DNA of 64,000 nt, taken from NCBI GenBank assembly GCA_965153355.1, contig OZ231126.1, positions 26,040,001 to 26,104,000 of the forward strand, read 5' to 3'. The position numbers were made by a program, and so were the translations under genes. Positions within the stretch are counted from its first letter, which is position 1. Each line of letters starts with the position of its first letter. Below, piece after piece: positions 14,352 to 25,156 of this stretch. Origin of the DNA: Flaccisagitta enflata. Its lineage: Eukaryota. The notes below the pieces were generated by a model. It saw nothing but the letters and a program-made list of their open reading frames with translations, searched no databases and was not told where the DNA came from.

Positions 14352-14878
14352 TTTTTGGGCAGCGGCCCCGAAGGGGACGAAGTCCTGTAGAACACAGGGG
14401 ACTTTCGTTCGTTCGTTCGTTTCTCCGTTTGTTCGTCCCCCCCAGGCCCTCTCAGGCCTGAAATCTGCCTTATCAGGCCTAAAATCTGCCTTCTCAGGCC
14501 TGAAATCTGCCCTCTCAAGCCTTGAATCTGCCCTCTTTGGCCTGAAATTTGCCCTCTCAGGCCTGAAACCTGTCCTCTCAGGCTTTGAATCTGCCCTCTC
14601 AGGCCTGAAATCTGCCCTCTCAGATCCAAGGCCTAAGAGGGCAGATTTCAGGCCTGAGAAGGGAGATTTTAGGCCTGAGAGGGCAGGTTTCAGGCCTAAG
14701 AGGACCTGGGGGGGCGGACGGACGGAGAAACGAACGAACGAACGAACGAAAGTCCCCTGTGTTCTACAGGACTTCGTCCCCTTCGGGGCCGCTGCCCTGC
14801 CTCCCATTCCAATCTACAACCATGCAAAGCAGGGCAACGGGTATCGCTGACCACATATTGCCCTTGGGCGACCTGTTT
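14352..14878 (+). mobile_element. Non-autonomous element, family B (long inverted termini, 21-bp internal array, asymmetric 3' tail)
   Basis: gggcagcggccccgaaggggacgaagtcctgtagaacacaggggactttcgttcg is inverted at ~14740-14797; internal (ctgaaatctgccctctcaggc)n; tail with stem agggcaa...ttgccct; homologs at 17429-18141 and ~46550-47240. Confidence 0.75.
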
Positions 14879-15679
14879 GTTGTGATATTGTGTTCGTTGT
14901 GTCATGCATTGTGTGGTGCAGTGCTATGTGCTATGTGCTATGTGCTATGTGCTTTGTGCTATGTGTCATATGCTATGTGCAATATGGTCTTGATGGTTTG
15001 GCATATTGGATTTTGCTATGATTGTTTTCAGCTTCTATGTAAGTATTCTGTGGTTAGCAGTGGTGCACAGTGTTTCTTGACTAGATGTGGTTGCTAACAA
15101 ACAAACGTCCAGCTGCCACCAAAAATTTCACACAAAAATATTCGCCGATGATATCGTTGTTCATTGAGAGAAAGAACAAAAAAATTCCCATTAGCTTTCA
15201 GTTGAATTCTGTCCATGTTACATTCTGGTCTAAAATTGAAAGAATTTTGAGGACTAAACGCATCGCCCAAGTAACTTAAAACTTGAAAGGTGACCTGATC
15301 AGATGATGAACTGTATCCTTGAACCATCGTTGCTCCACCAGATTGTTCAGATAAATTGATATGAAAAAGATGTTCCTTTCTGGTCCAAGCAGGTGACAGC
15401 AGGCAATGCTTCCGTATTGATAAGAATGACCAAAATTTGTTTAGTAGTTTCCAAAAACAAAATTCTGCGGGACGTTGCGGGAAATTGTCTTAATAGAGGA
15501 TTTAAAAAATTACTGTTTAATTAACCTAAGAAAAAAAATCGACCAGGAAAACGTTTTTGTTTCCCGGTTTCTAAGATGCTACTTGGTAACCCAAAGATTC
15601 AGGTACCATTTCTTTGAACTGGAACAACGATGGTCAGTCGAAAATCCAGGTAGTCCGCCAGCGAATTTGGGTGCGTTCA

Positions 15680-16260
15680 GCAACGGGGAATGAACGCATG
15701 TTGATGAACAATGCCATACAGTCGTTCATGAACGACTAAAAAGAGGCTCTTGGCCAACGATTTTGTTCATAGAGGGCCATAAAAAGCCCGTTCATGAACG
15801 GCAAAAAAAATCCACTCCACCAACGAAATCGTTGGTGGAGTGGATTTTTTTGCTGTTCATGAACGACTCAATATGAATGTTCATGAACAATGGCATAGTA
15901 ATGTTGATGAACGATCATTAAAATGCATTTCATGAACAATCGAGTAAAAAAAAAGGAAAAAAAAAATTTAGAGAAAAAAAAATGTTGTTGGAGTGGGTTT
16001 GTTTAGCGGTTCATGAACGACCCAATATTGTAAGTTGATGAACAATAATGAAAAATTTTTCATAAACAATCGTTAAAACCATTTGATGAACGATTGCTTA
16101 TTGAGAAAAAAAAATGAAAAAAATTGAAGTTAAAAAAAAAAACTCGTTGTTGGAGTGGGTTTTTTTAGCTGTTCATGAATGACCCAATAATGTGTAATAA
16201 TAAAAAGAAATTGTTCATAAACAATATCTAAACTTCATTTGAAAAACGATTGCTTTTGGA
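15680..16260. repeat. GTTCATGAAC palindrome-rich repeat with internal hairpin and ~130-bp units
   Basis: Numerous gttcatgaac/gttgatgaac motifs; near-perfect hairpin at 15789-15865. Confidence 0.65.
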
Positions 16261-16594
16261 GAGAAAAAAAAAGGAAAGCTTAGAATGAAAAAAAAGAAGA
16301 AAATAATGATCTACCACGCGGATCAAAAAAAAAAAAAAAGATGGAATTTTAAATCTCTAATATTGCTAATGAATCTTAAGATAAGTTGTTAAAATCTAGG
16401 ACCATTTGAAAGCCTTTCGGAAGTACTTTAATTTGGTGCCAATCTCGTATTTCTATCTTTTTTGGTTAAAAAATGGCACTAGTTTGAATAAAAACATTGC
16501 ACATATCAGTTTCGCAATAGCTATGTAGATAAGGCCAAATTACAGCCAATAAGTGCGCCTCGCTTGATTAAGAATTATTGAATGAACATTTTTG

Positions 16595-16775
16595 ATGAAT
16601 GAATGAATGAATTAATGAATGAATGAATGAATAAATGAATGAATGAATGAATGAATGAATGAATGAATGAATGAATGAATGAATGAATGAATGAATGAAT
16701 GAATGATTGAATGAATGAATGAATGAATGAGTGATTGAATGAATGAATGAATGAATGAATGAATGAATGAATGAA
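16595..16775. repeat. (GAAT)n microsatellite
   Basis: Directly visible. Confidence 0.95.
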
Positions 16776-16910
16776 AATGAATGTGGTGAAGCATCAGAGG
16801 TGATAGGAATGAAGAAATACGTAAGACTCAGCCGTTTTGCACATTTGAAACATTTGCGTTACCAATCAACCAACCGACCAATCAACTGACGGACATGACC
16901 TCTTATATAT

Positions 16911-17496
16911 AGCATCTGATTCATTCAGCGGTACCCGATGCCCCTAAGTTAGTGTATGTGGGAATGAGATTATGAGAGGGGCAGCGGCCCCAGAGGGGCC
17001 GATGACCTATGATTCCACATAGGACAATTTTCTCCGGTTTGAAAAGCTAGGTTGGGGGGGCTGAGAGGCCTGATTTTGGGTCTGAAAGGTCTGATTTAGG
17101 GTCTGAGAGGCATGATTTGGGGTATGAAAGGGACTGATTTGGGGGCTCAGGGGTCTAATTTGGGGTCTGAAAGGGCCTGGTTTGGGTTCTGGGAGGCCTG
17201 ATTTGGGGTCCAACAGGCCTGATATGGATCTGTGAGACCTGATTTGGTTCTGAAAGGCCTGATTTGGGGTCTCAGCGGTCTGATTTGGGGTCTGAAAGGG
17301 CCTGATTTAGGGTCTGAGATGCTTGATTTGGGGTCTGAAATGCTTAATTTGGGGTCTGAGAGGCCTGATTTGGGGTCTGAGAGGCCTAATTTGGGATCTA
17401 AGAGGCCTGATTTAGGGTCTGGAAGGCCTTTTGGGCAGCGGCCCTGAAGGGGACGATGTCCTGTAGAACACAGGGGGACTTTCGTTCGTTCATCCG

Positions 17497-17540
<44 letters not shown>

Positions 17541-18355
17541 TCCCCCCCCACTTTGAGACTCAAATCTCAGCCTCAAGGCTCAAATCCCAGCCTTGAGGCT
17601 CAAATCCCAGCCTCAAGGCTCAAGTCCCACCCAGCCTCGAGGCTCAAATCCCAACCTTGAGGCTCAAATCCCAGCCTCAAGGTTCAAATTCTCAGCCTCA
17701 AGGCTCAAATTCCATCCTCCAGACTCAAATCCCAGTCTCAAGGCTCAAATCCCAGCCTGGAGGCTCAAATCCCAGCCTTGAGGCTCAAATCCCAGCCTTG
17801 AGGCTCAAATCCCAGCCTCGAGGTTCAAATCCCAGCCTCGAGGCTCAAATCTCAGCCTTGAGGCTCAAATCCCAGCCTCAAGGTTCAAATCCCAGCCTCA
17901 AGGCTCAAATCCCAGCCTCGAGGCTCAGATCCCAGCCTCAAGCCTTAAATCCCAGCTTGATGCTCAAATCTGCACACACGGATGGACAAACGAACGAACA
18001 AACGAACAAAAGTCACCCTGTGTTCTACAGGACTTCGTTCCCTTCAGGGCCGCTGCCCTGCTACCCATCACCTACCATCACCTACATACACAGCAGGGCA
18101 ATGGGTATCGCTGACCACGTATTGCCCTTGGGCGACTGGTTATTGGGTCTGAGAGGCCTGATTTGGGGTCCGAAAGGTCTGAAAGGCCTGATTTGGTGTC
18201 TTAGAGGCCTGATTTGGGTTCAGAAGGGCTTCGTTTGTCTGGGAGGCTTGTTTTGAGGCTTGGGGGGGGGTGGGCGTACTGAAAACGGAAACCGGAGAAT
18301 ATTGCCCTATGTGGAATCATAGGTCATCGGCCCCTCCGGAGCCGCTGCCCAAAAA
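16911..18355 (-). mobile_element. Family B-related element (family C) hosting a nested family B copy
   Basis: Inverted termini ggggcagcggcccc...gatgacctatgattccacatagg / cctatgtggaatcataggtcatcggcccc...gccgctgcccaaaaa; 21-bp array; homologs at 53139-53607 and 57655-58332. Confidence 0.7.
17429..18141 (+). mobile_element. Family B element nested in the host array, carrying a 20-bp array
   Basis: Same termini and tail as 14352-14878 but internal (aggctcaaatcccagccttg)n; the host array resumes at 18142. Confidence 0.75.
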
Positions 18356-18439
18356 GCACAACGAAATGAGAGGCTATAAACTACAATCAGCGAAAGATGT
18401 TAAAAACATGGTACAGATTGCAACAAAATACAGAGACAG

Positions 18440-18880
18440 TTAGGAACTGGCGATTCGGACTAGAGAGTCAGCCGGGAGATTGGTAAGCTGTTTTGTGAAG
18501 TTGTTACTGCGTTTGGTAACCAATTTCTCCCACGCTGGGCGACCTAACATATTTTGCAGGTCAGTCACACTCTCTCGATAAGAGTAACCCAATAATTTGC
18601 GAAAAATGCTATTGTATGCGACTCTTTTTTTACTCGATTGTTTTTTGTCGGCTACGTGACCAACTTCAACTGCATATGACAGCAATGAAACACAGTGAGC
18701 TTCTATCAAGCGGAGCATCACAATGTCGTCGGACTTCCCGTTGACTCGGAGAATGGAGTTGAGAGCCCGGTAGAATTTGCTGAGAATGTCCTCAACACAG
18801 CATCCAAATCTGCGGCCGTGAACTAGCGTCACTCCCAAGTGCTTCCATTTCTCTACCCACTCTATGGGAGCAGAGTTCAA
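18440..18880 (-). mobile_element. 3' fragment of a second LINE ORF2 (same broad group as 4469-6078)
   Basis: KHLGV...FYRALNSIL...HCVSLLSYA...VAYNSIFRKL parallels KYLGM...FYRASNSVL...NCVPTLSYG...IAVNNAIRRI of the first LINE. Confidence 0.8.
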
Positions 18881-19019
18881 TAAGCCTCCGTAGTCCGCAA
18901 ATAAAAGTATCTAAACGCTCGTTTTCCCACTTTTCAACTTGACGACGCCAGACCGGCGGACCGACCGATTGACGGACGGACAAAGCCTCTTTTAGAATTG
19001 CATGTCTGCAACTAAAAAA

Positions 19020-19164
19020 TGTCACTTGATCACTAGGGCAGGAGCAGTGAGGCCAAAGACCGCAAAAAACAAAAAAAAGTAAAGTGCGATGGACGGACGG
19101 ACCAATGGACGGACCGACGGACCGACAAAGCGGGGTGTAGAGTCGCGTAGCACGCAACTAAAAA
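19020..19164 (-). mobile_element. Truncated HINE family A copy
   Basis: Reverse complement of the 5' part of 1932-2125 (ggggtgtagagtcgcgtagcacgcaactaaaa). Confidence 0.65.
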
Positions 19165-19175
19165 GTTTGACAGAC

Positions 19176-20362
19176 CTGATATAAAAAAAGAATTGGCTGA
19201 TTTCGATGTCTATTTCGATGAGGATCCTTCAACAAGCTTCTGAAGTGCCACGTCGACGCCATCAGCATCCCAGCCTCTCAAAAATCAGCATGTCACTGCA
19301 GCAACAACTGATGCACACGATGCCACGGTATACAGGCCCATTTCAAACAGTTTAGGCCAGCCAAATTCGAGTTGTCCCTCAAAACACTCAAAAACGCCTT
19401 CAACTCTTCAACTGAAGCACTTGACGAGCCGCTGCAGCCAAACAACTTGGAGGAGGGCCCCAAGACTAAGCAGGCGTCTACATCAACTAAAGGGCTAACA
19501 AACGCACCATCCATGACCCTCTTGCTTCTTCCGTTTCTCGAGCAGTTTCAAAAAACCGAAAATGTCACAAAACGCCCAAATCTGAATCCGCACAGTGGAT
19601 CATAACAAAAAATGGCGAAAAAAAGCTCATCTTCGTTTCAGAAAGAGTTCGGAGGATCAAAGAAGATCAGTTTGATAGATCTCGACCTGCTGAATCTGCT
19701 TACGCTATTTTCAAGAACGTCGCTCCAACCGTTTCGAAGATACAGAGCGTCAAAGCCAAAAATCTTCAGCATAGCTGCCAAAAATCAATTTTTAAGCACA
19801 AATTCAGAAAACCTCAATTTCCATATGAAGGATGCCTGAGCACTGAAAATTTTCAAATTTGACAGTTTGTGCTTGCCGAAGTCAATGGCAGGTCCCCAAG
19901 CATGAGAAATTTACCATTTTGGAGATAAAGACTGATGAAGTTGCAAATAAAGAAATTTCCAAAATTCAAACAGAAAAACTTAGATTTCTCGGTGACAAAG
20001 AATGTCGGAGCTCTGAAAAATTGCATGTTGACAGTTTATGCCGTGCCAAAGCTAACGGTGATGTCCGTGTCCACGAGAAATCTACCGTGTCAGCGCCAGA
20101 GACCGGCAAAGTTCCAAACCCAAAAATTTCCGAACTTCAAGCCGTAATCAACGCAGTTGACTATTATGATATTGATATGAAGAAAAGGCACATCAACAGG
20201 TACTTGATCCAGATTTTAGGCAACTTCTAAACGACGCCAGGACTGGTGTACAGTTCAGGAAAATCTCACTCGGTGATTCATACATCTACGTCAAAGTCTC
20301 AAACGGTCCCACTAGACCGTTTGTTCCGCTTAATTTTTGAAAGAAGATATTAGACGTCATTG
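19176..20362 (+). mobile_element. Inverted duplicate of the Gypsy pol linker region (degenerate)
   Basis: Reverse complement of 20955-22140; ends in the same pre-integrase motif region. Confidence 0.8.
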
Positions 20363-20954
20363 AAAATTTCAGCGAGAAGAAATTTTAGCGAGGAAAAATT
20401 TCAATAAGAAAAAATTTTAGCAAGAAACAATTCTAACGAAAAAAATTTAACAAAAAAAATTTTAGCGAAAAAATTTTAGCAAGAAAAAATTTAAGTATAA
20501 AAGATTTTTACGAAAAAATTCTAATAACCAAGATTTTAGTAAAAAAAATTTTAACAAAAAACATTTTAGCAAAAAAATTTTAGTAAGAAAAACTTTAAGC
20601 AAGAAAAATTTTAGCGAGAAACATTTTAGCGAGAAAAATTTAAGCAAAAAAATTTTTTAACTAAATTTTTTTCGCCAAATGTTTTTTGCTAAAATTTTTT
20701 CTCGCTAAAATTTTTTCTTGCTAAAATGTTTTTGCTAAAATTTTTCTCGCTAAAATTTTTTTTATAAAGATTTTACTCGCTAAAATTTTTGTCATTAGAT
20801 TTTTCTCGTTAAAATTTTTTTTGCTAAAATTTTTCTGGCTAAAATTTTTTCTCGCTATAATTTTTCGCTTAAATTTTTTTCGTTAAATTTTTCTCGTTAA
20901 AATCGTTTCTTGCTAAAATTTTTCCTCGTTAATATTTCTTCTTGCTAAAATTTT
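20363..20954. repeat. AT-rich ~15-bp tandem array (AAAATTTTAGCGAG-like) with polarity switch near 20655
   Basis: Directly visible; mirror copy at 29065-29668. Confidence 0.9.
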
Positions 20955-23555
20955 CAATGACGTCAAATATCAAAAATTTAGCAGAACAAACGATCTAGCG
21001 GAACCATTTGAGTCATTGACGTAGATGTATGAATCCCCAAGTGGGATTTTCCTGAACTGTAAACCAGTCCTGGTGTTGTTTAGAAGTTGCCTAAAATCTG
21101 GATCAAGTGCCTGTTGATGTGCCAATTCTTCATATCAATATCATAATGGTCAACTGCGTTGATTACGGCTTGAAGTTCGGAAATTTTTGGGTTTGGGACT
21201 TTGCCGGTCTCTGGCGCTGAAACGGTAGATTTCTCTTGGACACGGACATCACCATTAGCTTCGGCACGGCATAAACTGTCAACATGCAATTTTTCAGAGC
21301 TCCGACATTCTTTGTCACCGAGAAATCTAAGTTTTTCTGTTTGAAATTCGGAAATTTTTTTATTTGCAACTTCATCAGTCTTTATCTCCAAACGGTAAAT
21401 TTCTCATGCTTGGGGACCTCGCCATTGACTTCGGCACGGCACAAACTGTCAAATTGAAAATTTTCAGTGCTCAGGCATCCTTTGTCACGGAGAAATTGAG
21501 GTTTTTCTGAATTTGTGCTTAAAAATCCAGTTTTCGGCGCACTGTGCTAAAGATTTTTGGCTTTGACGCTCTGTATCTTCGAAATGGTTGGAGCGACGTT
21601 CTCGAAAATAGCGTAGGCAGATTCAGCAGGTCGAGATCTATCAAACTGATCTTTTTTCGATTCCTCCGAACTCTTCTGAGAGCCGGAGATAGGTTTTTTC
21701 ACCATTTTTCCCTGTTGTGATCCACTGTGAGGTTCAGATTTGGGCGTTTTGGTGATATTTTCGGTTTTGTCGAAGCACTGCTCGAGAACGGGAGGGGCTA
21801 GAGGGTCGCGGATGGTCGCGTTTGTTAGCCCTTTAGTTGATGTAGACGCCTGCTTAGTCTTGGGGCCCTTCTCCAAGTGGTTTGGCTGCAGCGCCTCGTC
21901 AAGTGCTTCAGTTGAAGGCGTTTTTGAGTGTTTTGAGGGACAACTCGAATTTGGCTGGCCTAAACTCTTTGAAATGGGCCTTTTTACCGTGGCATCGTGT
22001 GCATCAGTTGTTGCTGCAGTGACATGCTGATTTTTGAGAGGCTGGGATGCTGCTGGCGTCGACGAGGCACTTGAGAAGCTTGTTGAAGGATCCTCATCGA
22101 AATAGACATCGAAATCAGCCAATTCTTTTTTTATATCAGCAAACATTTTTCTCTGCTTCTCTCGAATGTTGTCGGATGCGACTGGGGACGCAAAGGTGAC
22201 TTTGAGGGGTGGGGGATAGCTCAGAGGTAGCGTGTGAGCTCGTGGCCCTCTGGGTCACGAGTTCGAGTCCTGTCTTGGACGAGTCTTTTCAACGGAGGTT
22301 GGAATCCTCAACCATGCGATCGGGCTCTAGGAGGGGTTGCCTGGTGAATCCAGTAAAAACAGCTAGCTAGACGGGAGGGTTGGAAGGGTGGAAGGGTGGG
22401 TAACAATGGATCCGGACAGGGGCGCCTCGAATGGTGGATCTGCGTAACTGCGTTGGCAGGCAGAACGCCCCTTACTGTACAATAGTATGGGAAACTTCCA
22501 CTCCTCCCAAGTGGCAACAACAACAACAACAACAAGGTGACTTTGCATTGACGAGAGGCTGGAGGATCTGCGGCGGATGCAGTTCTTGAAGGCTGCGAGA
22601 TTGATGAGATGGTTGGTTGACTTTGGATTGGTTTCAAATGATGGCAGAAACAAAATGATGAGATTGTAGCTGAACTTTGCAACATGTCCAAATGTTGCAA
22701 GAAGACATGACGGTCATTGGCAACTGACAAGATGTTGGAGACAGATGCTGCTGCTTTGTTGGAGAGGATCCCAAAGTTACTTTTACCCTCTAGATAGCGG
22801 ATATCAGTAGTAAATTTGGCTATCTCTGACAACTGATTTGTTTGCCTTGCTGTTGGTGCGTCAGTTTTCTTGTGGATTGAAGGCACCAAGCTTTGGTGGT
22901 CAGTATAAAGAGTAAAAGGGCGGCCTTCCGCCATGTGTTTAAAATGTTGTATGGCCTTGTGAGCAGCATTAAGCTCTCTGTCGTAAGGACACCAGTTTTG
23001 TCGACTGTCGAGTGTCGATAGCTTTTTGGACCAAAAGGCCAACGGTTCCCATCCATGAGGGCCTCTCTGCTCAATGACAGCTCCCATCGTGACATCTGAA
23101 GCATCTGTTGTGATGGCAAGTAGGAGATTGGGATCAGGATGGTGGAGCATTGTCGAGTTAGCCAATGCATCTTTGATCGAGTCAAAAGATGTCTGCATAT
23201 CTTCAGACCAGTTTAGCCTTTTTGGACTTGCTTTCAAGGCATCGAAAAAGTAATAGAGATGGTGGGCTGCTGCCTTGACAAAACGACCATAATAATTTAC
23301 CATCCCTAGAAATCTCCTGAGCTCTTTGATTGAGGTGGGTGGGCGGGTCTTTTTGATAGCCTCTTCCTTCTCAGGGAGTGGACGGATACCATTTGCGTCG
23401 ACGAGATGGCCCAGAAATTCGACTGATGACGCCCCCAGGATACACTTTTTCCTGTTCACCACGAGACCATTCTCTTCCAAAATCTTGAAGACACGCTCCA
23501 AGTCCTTGAGATGCTCTTCTTTTGTGGCTGAAGCAATCAAAATATCGTCAAGATA
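20955..23555 (-). mobile_element. Truncated Ty3/Gypsy LTR-retrotransposon pol fragment (RT from YLDD, RNase H, long linker, cut before integrase)
   Basis: YLDD at 23555-23544; VEFLGH, LRRFLGMVNYY, ITTDASD, PLAFWSKKL, YDREL, FTLYTDH, IRYLEGKSN; downstream LAHQQALDPDFRQLL...FVLLNF..IFDVI (RPFVP in the sister copies); no gag, protease or LTR visible. Confidence 0.92.
22205..22533 (+). mobile_element. Full-length tRNA-derived SINE with (CAA)n tail and 12-bp TSD
   Basis: A-box TAGCTCAGAGG (22217), B-box GTTCGAGTC (22261), (CAA)n tail; TSD aaggtgactttg at 22193-22204 and 22534-22545; removal restores the pol frame. Confidence 0.85.
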
Positions 23556-24307
23556 TTTATAATTTTTATTTTCCGCTTAAATTCTTGCAGAATTTCCAAA
23601 AATAATTTCTAGGCAAAAAGAAAAAAATTTGGGAGAAAAAAAGTGTTTTTTGAAAAAATTTATTGATTTTATTTAGCGACTTCCCTTCAGTTTTGAGTGA
23701 AAAAAAACATATTTGGATTCAGCATAGTGAATACTACAAAACAATGCTTTAATAATCAATCAGTTTGTCCCCTTAATTCGGAAATTTTTAAATCTGACTT
23801 TGCTTGTCTGTATCGCAGAAACTGTAGGTTCTACGCACCTGCGGATATTGCTATTAGAACTCACGCATCCCAGGATTAAACCCTTGGTGGAAAAAAATGG
23901 CCAAGTGTTGTGAACCCCCTAGGCATGTTTAAAACCAAAAATAAAAAAAATCGACTTGGAAATATAGCATCTGTAGCTTAATCAAAGCAGAAATAAAGCA
24001 TTTTTCAGTATCTTAAAAGCTAAAAATCATAGTTTTCCTTTCTATAAGTATGATAAAATAGTTAAACAGTGTGGCAATAGCTGCTGTAATAATATTTAAC
24101 CCCTTAAAAATAGCTCAGAGGCATCTTGTACAAATTAAAGCACAAACTACCACAAAACAGCAAATTTGGGTTTTTCTAGTATACCTAAGATATTTTTATG
24201 CCCTGATTTACAATTGGTTTCTTCAATCTAGTTGTCAGAGGTTCAAACATGGGTATTTTTACTGTTACTATACATTTTTGTAGTTTTTTTGATTTTTGAA
24301 AATAATA

Positions 24308-24829
24308 ACGGGTGGTCTTTAAAAAGGTAGCTTTTAATTTTTTTGATATTATTTTTAAAATTTCTCCTAAGTAAAAAATTTTTTTTTAGCTATCTAGATA
24401 TGATCGTCGCCCACATATTCTATTATGCACATTTTTTAGCAGGATCAATATTTTTCATTTTATTTTTAAAAAACTAAAGATTTTTGCTTAAATTTGATTA
24501 AAAATCAATGATTTTAACAGAATTTACTTTTGAATGAAGATAGTTGAATAAAAGTGGGTCTTGGGAAACCATAAAAACCAAAACTTTTTAAGTGAAAAAC
24601 TTAATGCATACCTAAAACACTAATAATAATCATGTATTGTTTTTAGTTAGAAACAAGCAATAATGCTCAGAAAAAAATATTTTGGTTTATCATACATAAT
24701 TTGAATTTGTATATTTTGATCGTATATACAAATTCAGAGATTCATCATTTCAAATATTCACATAATAAGCAGTTATAAACAGTTTTTCTTTTATTCAGAT
24801 ACAGAGCTACTTTTTTTAAGTCCACCCGG
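24308..24829. mobile_element. Tc1/mariner-type MITE with TA TSD, present in only one palindrome arm
   Basis: TIRs acgggtggtctttaaaaaggtagct / agctactttttttaagtccacccgg; TA at 24306-07 and 24830-31; the mirror arm shows the empty site (gcaaatattattttc at ~25799-25813). Confidence 0.85.
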
Positions 24830-25090
24830 TATTTGCAGGCCTTTTTTTAGTAAATTTTTTGACAGAGCCAATCAGGCTCTCTCCTCACAATTTTACAGAG
24901 CCCGACTGAAAAACAGCGAGCCCGACAAAAAACAGTCATTTTTGTCAATTTCCTGATCATGTAAGCCTACATTGTGGCACTGGCATATGGCAATGGTTTT
25001 TTGTACCTCTGAGAACGAGGCCAAATATACGGTTTCCCTAATTCTGTGCGGGTGGACAGGGGCAGTAGCCAGGTTCATCAAGTATATGGG

Positions 25091-25156
<66 letters not shown>

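Noticed and set aside
17007-18256. Repeat-protein-like ORFs (also 14210-14807)
   Set aside because: Products of 20/21-bp DNA arrays inside non-autonomous elements, open on both strands
19176-22200. LTRs of the Gypsy element
   Set aside because: The repeats are inverted and correspond to pol linker coding sequence; no TG...CA ends, PBS or PPT were identified
22205-22290. Functional tRNA gene
   Set aside because: It has A and B boxes but no convincing acceptor-stem closure or T-run terminator, and it continues into a body, tail and TSD, so it is a SINE head
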